Assembly: GCA_040752695.1 (NCBI GenBank)
Contig: JBFMGO010000072.1
Span: 1 to 31,654 of the forward strand
Reading direction: 5' to 3'
Origin: a bacterium
Lineage (GTDB): Bacteria; SZUA-182; DTGQ01
DNA: 31,654 nucleotides
This document shows, in pieces, positions 26,413 to 31,654 of the stretch. How positions within the stretch are numbered: position 1 is the first letter of the stretch; each line of letters opens with the position of its first letter. The position numbers were made by a program, and so were the translations under genes. The notes beneath the pieces were generated by a model, which made no database searches, was not told where the DNA came from, and saw nothing but the letters and a program-made list of their open reading frames with translations.

Positions 26413-27945
26413 TTATATCCTCTCTTCCTGCTCATCGCTCCCTATCCTCTCTCTTGCTGCTGATTGCTCTCTCTCCTGACAGGTGCTTCTTTGACTGTAG
26501 ATAAGAAAAGGGATGGAAAAAAGCCCAAAGAGGGCAAAAATGACCAGGCTAAGGTCAGGAACAGGCAAGCCAAACAGCCCTTTCGGAGCCTTAATCCTGG
26601 TTTTTGCGCTCCCGGAAAAGGCCTCCACAAGATCTGGTGTTGCTTCGGCCAATTCCTGGCTGTGCTTACCAAGGAGCAGGGCAAAGACGGCAATTCCTGC
26701 TGAATTGGCCAATTCGGTTGCCTGGCTGGCGATCGATCCGACAGTGGCCCGGCACGGCGATGGAATCATGGACTGGAGACGTGCGTCCGCAACCGGATCC
26801 CAAAGATCGTCGACCATGTCGAAAAGCAGGTAGAGCCCCAGCACGATCCCCAATCCTGGCCGGGCAAAAAAAAGAGCTACGGCCCCGGCTGGAATCAGAA
26901 CGAAGAGCACCAGGCTAGCTGTGTGCCCAAGCCGCCGGGAAATGGCCATTCCCCCTAAGGGGACAATCATGCCGATCAAGTCCTTGAAAACGCTTAAGGG
27001 CGCCAGACTCCGTGCATCCAGGCCCTTAGTCAGGAGTGAAATTTCAAAGGCTTCGGTAGTGATCGAGTAGGCAAACGAAGAGACAACCATGGCCAGAAAG
27101 AATGAGAGAAGGGGCTTCAGGTGGAAAATTGTCCAAAATCCCTGCCTGGCTCTATCCAGAAAAGGTAAGGTCTCATCATTCGATGCTTGCGGATCATCTT
27201 CCTCGTCTAGACCATCTTCCTCGTCTGGATCATCTTCCTCGTCTGGATCATCTTCCTCTTTCGGATCATCGGACCCGTCCGGATCACCGGAAGGTTCCCG
27301 GTCATCAGACTGATGCTCATCGATTTGATGTTCCGGGATGGTGATCGAAATGCCGACCGACAGCAACTGGCCGAGAGCGGCAATATACCATAAAAGATTC
27401 AGTGTACTGCGGTCTACTCTGGCTATAAGTAAAAGGATGAGCGATAAACTACCGGCAATAACTCCGCCGAGGGACCCGAAAGAGCGTATCCTGGCAAAGT
27501 ATTTATCGACCAGATCCTCCCTTTGAACGCTGGCCAGATTATCCACTACCCAGGCCTCTTCGGCACCCGAGACCAGAGTTTGCCCGATTCCCTCCAGGAA
27601 AAAGCAGGCGATGACTGCATATAACTGAGCAAAGCCACGGAGCGAAGCAGCAAGGGGAACCATTACACAGGAGATGACGCTCAACAGATCACCGCTGATC
27701 ACCGAGGTTTTCCTGCCCCAGCGATCCGCTACTGCTCCGGTAGGGATTTCCATCAGCCAGACGGTCGTTGTTTCCACCAAGGTAGGGATAATCGCCCACT
27801 CCGGGCGCTCCATGACCAGGTAGAGGTAAATGAACTGAAAAGGAAAGATGACATTCAAAGCCTCGCTCAGGCTGCTGGCAAGGTAAAAGCGACCCAGCAT
27901 CGATCGTTCTTCCTGTCCCGGCCAGAATATCTGGTTGATGGTCAC
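26413..27945 (-). CDS. MFS transporter (probable exporter) with an acidic repeat in the central loop
   Basis: MEIPTGAVADRWGRKTS (motif A), SGAEEAWVVD, multiple TM segments; GTG 27945 overlaps the upstream TGA (GTGA) and follows GAGGAGG. Confidence 0.88.
   Translation of the reverse strand: MTINQIFWPGQEERSMLGRFYLASSLSEALNVIFPFQFIYLYLVMERPEWAIIPTLVETTTVWLMEIPTGAVADRWGRKTSVISGDLLSVISCVMVPLAASLRGFAQLYAVIACFFLEGIGQTLVSGAEEAWVVDNLASVQREDLVDKYFARIRSFGSLGGVIAGSLSLILLLIARVDRSTLNLLWYIAALGQLLSVGISITIPEHQIDEHQSDDREPSGDPDGSDDPKEEDDPDEEDDPDEEDGLDEEDDPQASNDETLPFLDRARQGFWTIFHLKPLLSFFLAMVVSSFAYSITTEAFEISLLTKGLDARSLAPLSVFKDLIGMIVPLGGMAISRRLGHTASLVLFVLIPAGAVALFFARPGLGIVLGLYLLFDMVDDLWDPVADARLQSMIPSPCRATVGSIASQATELANSAGIAVFALLLGKHSQELAEATPDLVEAFSGSAKTRIKAPKGLFGLPVPDLSLVIFALFGLFSIPFLIYSQRSTCQEREQSAARERIGSDEQEERI
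27191..27270 (-). repeat. 18-bp in-frame repeat (DEEDDP) x4.5 in the MFS
   Basis: ggatcatcttcctcgtct-like units at 27191, 27209, 27227, 27245, 27263. Confidence 0.9.
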
Positions 27946-29954
27946 ACCTGTTCCTCCTCGGAAAGTCGCGGATCGCGGCAAACGGGAAGAATAAGCCGGG
28001 ATGGATAATCCGGGCTGTGCATGATGGTCACTCTGACGGGCCGGGCTTTTGTTTCATCCGCCAGGCTGCCGCCCGTGCAGGGATTGATATCAAAGCGCAT
28101 AGATGCAGCTGAAGATATTTCAAGCCTCAGGGCATGACCTGGCCTTACAATATGGCCGATATGCCACAAATCGATGGTATATTCAGATATCTCTGAGGGT
28201 GCAACCGGTTCAGGCCGGTCCCACCCTTTTCTGAAGCGTGCACGGATAATCCCATCGGCCAGGTATATCGCCCGGCCATCCGGGTACACGTCCAGTAACT
28301 TGGCACACAGGTCAAAATCGGGAGCGTCTGCACGGGCATAGAGAATCAGCGACAACTCACCGACTAGGGCAAGCGCCTTTTCCATTTCAGCAGTATTGAA
28401 GATGAGGATATCATCGCGCTCTTCCTCGATAGCCGCATTGTCAAAGGGAATCCTTTCCCCATCCACATCCGGGTGAGCAAAAGGGGTAGGGTCATCAGGA
28501 TCGAAGAGATAGGATGACTCCTCTGACCCAGCACTTGATGGCCCTGCACCTGACGACCTTGCACTTGATGACTCAGCACCTTTTGGCCCTGTACCTTTTG
28601 GGATTGCAGGCCACAGCCTGCCGGATTTTCTGGCCATTCCTGCACCTTTCCCTGTCCCTTTGCCTTTTTTGGCACCTCCACTTTTCCCTGCACCTTTCCC
28701 AGCGGCTTTTCCTCCGCCAATGAGATAATACTCTGCGGTCTGTGTTTCCGGTGGCGGCCAGTCCGTAAAGTTCAACCAGCGGTAAATACCGGTCAGATAG
28801 AGAGTGACCCGAGAGGCAGTCGAAGGCCCTGGCTTGATGCCCAAAAGGTGCGCATCGAACCAGGCCAGTTCATCATTGAGAGAGTTCCTGGCCGATGCCC
28901 TATGAATCATCCGGCTCTCCTCTTCAGGCAGGTCATCGCAGTCCGGTGCATACAGATCGTGGTCCCAGGCCCCAATCAGGAGTCTTTGCGCCTCCCTGAC
29001 CTTAGGAGTGGCGGCCCGCTTGCGCATCCCCTTGAAGAAAGCCGTAGAGCCTCGGCCATTGCCGTCCCACCAGCCGGAGATAAAAAGAGTCGGCACCTTT
29101 GTCCGGTCTAACCGAGGGCCGACAGAGCGGGCTTTCCAGAAGTCATCGAGTTGCCAGTGGCTGATCCATTCCCTGAATGCGTCCTGCCGGATTCCAAACC
29201 GAAGGTCGATGTCCCGGAAAGGGCGGGCAAGGAGAGCCTGATCAAAGAGGAGGTCAAGTTCCTCCTCCTCCCGCTCTTTTTGGCTCTCGTCGCGGCTGTC
29301 CTGTGATGTGTCCCTTCCTGGATTTGCAGCAGCGCCAGAGATGGTCTCGGACTGCTCTTCGTCATTCAATTCGTTCTCCTCCTCATTTTCCTCCTCACCC
29401 CCCTCATTATATCCATTGAGGCAGACCCGGCCGGTCATGCTCAGAAGCCAAAAAAGGTCATTCAGGTCATAGGCTCCTCCCTGGAAGGGGACATTCTCGA
29501 ACGGATCGCCCGGCGCAACTCCCACTACCATGGCCTGCAGTTCAGCGGGTGCATCGATTGCAGCCAGAAGCTGATTGTATCCGCTATAGGAGTGACCCCG
29601 TGTGCCGACTTTTCCATTGCAAAGCTTGTGACTGGCCATCCAGCGGATTACGGCGTGTCCGTCTTTCTGATCATGGGTCAGGGGGGACCAGCCCCCGGAA
29701 GAGCGATACCGTCCACGGCAATCCACTGCCAGAAACAGATAGCCCCTGGTTGCGTAAATCTCACCGAGTCTGCAAAGGCCCTGCGTACCGTAAGGGGTAA
29801 TCTCGATCACCGCTGGAAAGGGGGGCTTGCCCGCCGGTATATAGAGATCGGCCAGGAGCTCGATTCCTTCCTGGACAACGATAACCTGATTGATCTTGAC
29901 ACGATCTGACGACGGGGGAACAGGTGATGGATAGTTACCGGTTGATTTAGTCAT
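27942..29954 (-). CDS. CocE/NonD-family serine hydrolase (peptidase S15 / alpha-amino-acid ester hydrolase fold), no obvious signal peptide
   Basis: LLADLYIP..TPY, VDCRGRYRSSG, GHSYSG nucleophile motif, SGWWD, IGAWDH, C-terminal PepX_C-like KLLDVYPDG..GHALRLEISS..YPSRLILP. Confidence 0.92.
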   Translation of the reverse strand: MTKSTGNYPSPVPPSSDRVKINQVIVVQEGIELLADLYIPAGKPPFPAVIEITPYGTQGLCRLGEIYATRGYLFLAVDCRGRYRSSGGWSPLTHDQKDGHAVIRWMASHKLCNGKVGTRGHSYSGYNQLLAAIDAPAELQAMVVGVAPGDPFENVPFQGGAYDLNDLFWLLSMTGRVCLNGYNEGGEEENEEENELNDEEQSETISGAAANPGRDTSQDSRDESQKEREEEELDLLFDQALLARPFRDIDLRFGIRQDAFREWISHWQLDDFWKARSVGPRLDRTKVPTLFISGWWDGNGRGSTAFFKGMRKRAATPKVREAQRLLIGAWDHDLYAPDCDDLPEEESRMIHRASARNSLNDELAWFDAHLLGIKPGPSTASRVTLYLTGIYRWLNFTDWPPPETQTAEYYLIGGGKAAGKGAGKSGGAKKGKGTGKGAGMARKSGRLWPAIPKGTGPKGAESSSARSSGAGPSSAGSEESSYLFDPDDPTPFAHPDVDGERIPFDNAAIEEERDDILIFNTAEMEKALALVGELSLILYARADAPDFDLCAKLLDVYPDGRAIYLADGIIRARFRKGWDRPEPVAPSEISEYTIDLWHIGHIVRPGHALRLEISSAASMRFDINPCTGGSLADETKARPVRVTIMHSPDYPSRLILPVCRDPRLSEEEQV

Positions 29955-30192
29955 ATTGCTTGTTTAGTTCCTTTATGTATTTATGTATCTAATTTTTATA
30001 CATTGTCAATCGGTATACTTATTTAAACAGCGCTAATTATAAGCAAAAAATTAGCGTATAAAACGTAAAATTTTAATTATGTAAATACTTAAATCTGTGT
30101 CTTTGTAGTTTCATGTGGATTGAATTCCGTCAGACTGATTCCGTCAGGCATAGGTGGTAAGATTAAAACTTGCAGCAGTTACGCAAAATCGC

Positions 30193-30221
30193 TTGATGAA
30201 AATAATTTTTGGCTCTATAAT
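30193..30221 (+). promoter_or_regulatory. Putative sigma-70 promoter for the hypothetical-dnaN unit
   Basis: TTGATG-N17-TATAAT. Confidence 0.6.
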
Positions 30222-30413
30222 GAAATCACAAACTCTTAGCCTTATTTTGGAGATGGTGTGAATTCAATTCGCCACCTATGGTCATGGTAAAGAAAGGAGC
30301 TGCAAAAGTCGGAATGAGGAAGAAAGAGATGCTTTAATTCTGAAGTCTGACTCCCCTTATTCCAACTTCTCATCTTCTGAAGTCTGACTTCTTGTTTCAA
30401 TGGTTTAGGGCTT

Positions 30414-31469
30414 ATGGCGATTAAGAGACTGAACTTAAGTCTGGATGAAAAGGTATGCAGATCTCTTTATGAGGTTTTAAGGGATGGATTAGATCGAGAC
30501 CTTATTCAATATGCTCTCGTTGATTCATTTAAGAATTTCCAGAGCCGAAATCAACCATACCCATTTGTTGAAAAAAGAGAACTAAATCCAAAGGTTCAGG
30601 CTCCCGAACGTGAATACAAATATCAGAACAGCCTCTTGGCTATATTCTACGAGGGAGTCATACCCAGCGAATACAAAAAATACATCAGGTTTTTGAGTTC
30701 CAATAAAGTAAGCAAGATAAATCTGTCCGCTCATCTATTAGATCTTAACATCGACGAGGATTTCTATCCGAATATAAAGTATTTTGGGAATTATCAGTTC
30801 GATCGGCTGTTTCATTCCCTTTTGCCGGTCGATTATGCTCTTTTGCTCCAAAAAGATCCATCGATTGAGTCAAAAAACCGGTACCTGCTTTCTCATTTTC
30901 ATGTTAAAATTGACTGGCCAGTAGCCAGTGCAGCAGAGGACATGGGTAAGAGGCTTCATTATCTGAGCGGGGACATTTACGAGAGGGGAGAAGAATACGC
31001 AGAGCTTTTGCAGCATAAGTTATTTGAATATTACGGGTTTCCCCACTTTATAGGAGGGCGGAGAACTGCGGCTGTAGTTGCAGCTCAATTCAGCCGAAGG
31101 ATGGATTTTCTTTCCACTATTTATGTTGCCAGTGCCAGTTCCCGCACCTTGACTAAAATTTCCGGTAATGAACTATACCGCTACCTGCTGATCAAATTAA
31201 GCTCCGATGAAATGATAAGTATAGCCAGAGCAAACCATATGGAGTTTGACATATTCCGGGAGAAATTTACCATCCATAGTGAGAAAGATTATGGGGTAGC
31301 TATTTTGCTTATTGTTTATGAACATACCACTCATTCGACCCCCCAAAAAGGTGGCAGGGTGCGGTTGTTAAATCCTGATTCCCGGTGGTTAACCATTGCC
31401 TGTCAACTGTTGATTCCACAGCCGATGGCTGTGGAAACCCGTCCCATCAGGCACTCGGAAATCTATTGA
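30414..31469 (+). CDS. Hypothetical cytoplasmic protein
   Basis: 351-aa AT-rich ORF of normal complexity with no competing ORF; no motif recognised. Confidence 0.8.
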   Translation: MAIKRLNLSLDEKVCRSLYEVLRDGLDRDLIQYALVDSFKNFQSRNQPYPFVEKRELNPKVQAPEREYKYQNSLLAIFYEGVIPSEYKKYIRFLSSNKVSKINLSAHLLDLNIDEDFYPNIKYFGNYQFDRLFHSLLPVDYALLLQKDPSIESKNRYLLSHFHVKIDWPVASAAEDMGKRLHYLSGDIYERGEEYAELLQHKLFEYYGFPHFIGGRRTAAVVAAQFSRRMDFLSTIYVASASSRTLTKISGNELYRYLLIKLSSDEMISIARANHMEFDIFREKFTIHSEKDYGVAILLIVYEHTTHSTPQKGGRVRLLNPDSRWLTIACQLLIPQPMAVETRPIRHSEIY

Positions 31470-31512
31470 GCATAACTTTTTATGTATTGCGAATTTGCAG
31501 GGAGAAAGCATA

Positions 31513-31654
31513 ATGGAATTGAGCATACTCAGAGATGAGTTTTTAAGAGGTGTTAACATCGTTCATAATGTAGCTATTGCCCGGGGGACGATGCCCATTC
31601 TCTCCCATCTTTTAATTCAGGCTCTTGACAACCGAATTTGTCTGTATGGAACGG
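31513..31654 (+). CDS. dnaN: DNA polymerase III beta clamp, N-terminal part (runs off the window)
   Basis: Own translation MELSILRDEFLRGVNIVHNVAIARGTMPILSHLLIQALDNRICLYGT fits the DnaN start (..R..LL..L........T.PIL..LL.......L.GTD); GGGAGA SD upstream. Confidence 0.85.
   Translation, partial: MELSILRDEFLRGVNIVHNVAIARGTMPILSHLLIQALDNRICLYGT

Noticed and set aside
29255..29280. ~20-nt similarity between the CocE acidic insert and the 9.6-kb polypyrimidine tract (aaagagcgggaggaNgaggaa)
   Set aside because: Both are low-complexity purine-rich sequences, so coincidence is likely
30060..30087. Second dif-like site (AAAACGTAAAA-TTTTAA-TTATGTAAATA)
   Set aside because: XerD-like arm only; the XerC arm is poor and the context is very AT-rich, so a chance match is likely
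29955..30413. oriC upstream of dnaN
   Set aside because: No cluster of DnaA boxes (best seen TGTGGATTG, 7/9) and no dnaA

Overview
Bacterial chromosomal window; the Fe-ADH resembles enzymes of anaerobic Deltaproteobacteria-like organisms, but taxonomy cannot be fixed from this sequence. The left half (0.5-14.6 kb) encodes four secreted proteins. Two are giant tandem paralogues, each with 10 carboxypeptidase-regulatory-like beta-sandwich repeats plus Ig-like and FN3 domains; their repeats carry variable Tyr/Pro/Ser-rich loops, and one loop holds a whole cohesin-like domain. The middle encodes an iron-containing alcohol dehydrogenase, an RsmG-TrmH/SpoU fusion and an RluA-family pseudouridine synthase. 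The synthase 5' end appears interrupted by a ~0.93 kb decayed integrative element (integrase C-terminal relic, att-like direct repeats, arm-type repeats, IHF sites, dif-like site). The right part holds a B12-type radical SAM enzyme, a DUF985 cupin, an Rpn-like nuclease with an internal start, a CocE/NonD hydrolase-MFS-ATP-grasp-like ligase operon, a hypothetical gene, and the start of a dnaN not preceded by dnaA. Short tandem duplications are pervasive, both in frame inside genes and at gene 3' ends. No rRNA, tRNA or CRISPR array was seen. All family calls come from motif recognition by eye, not database searches.
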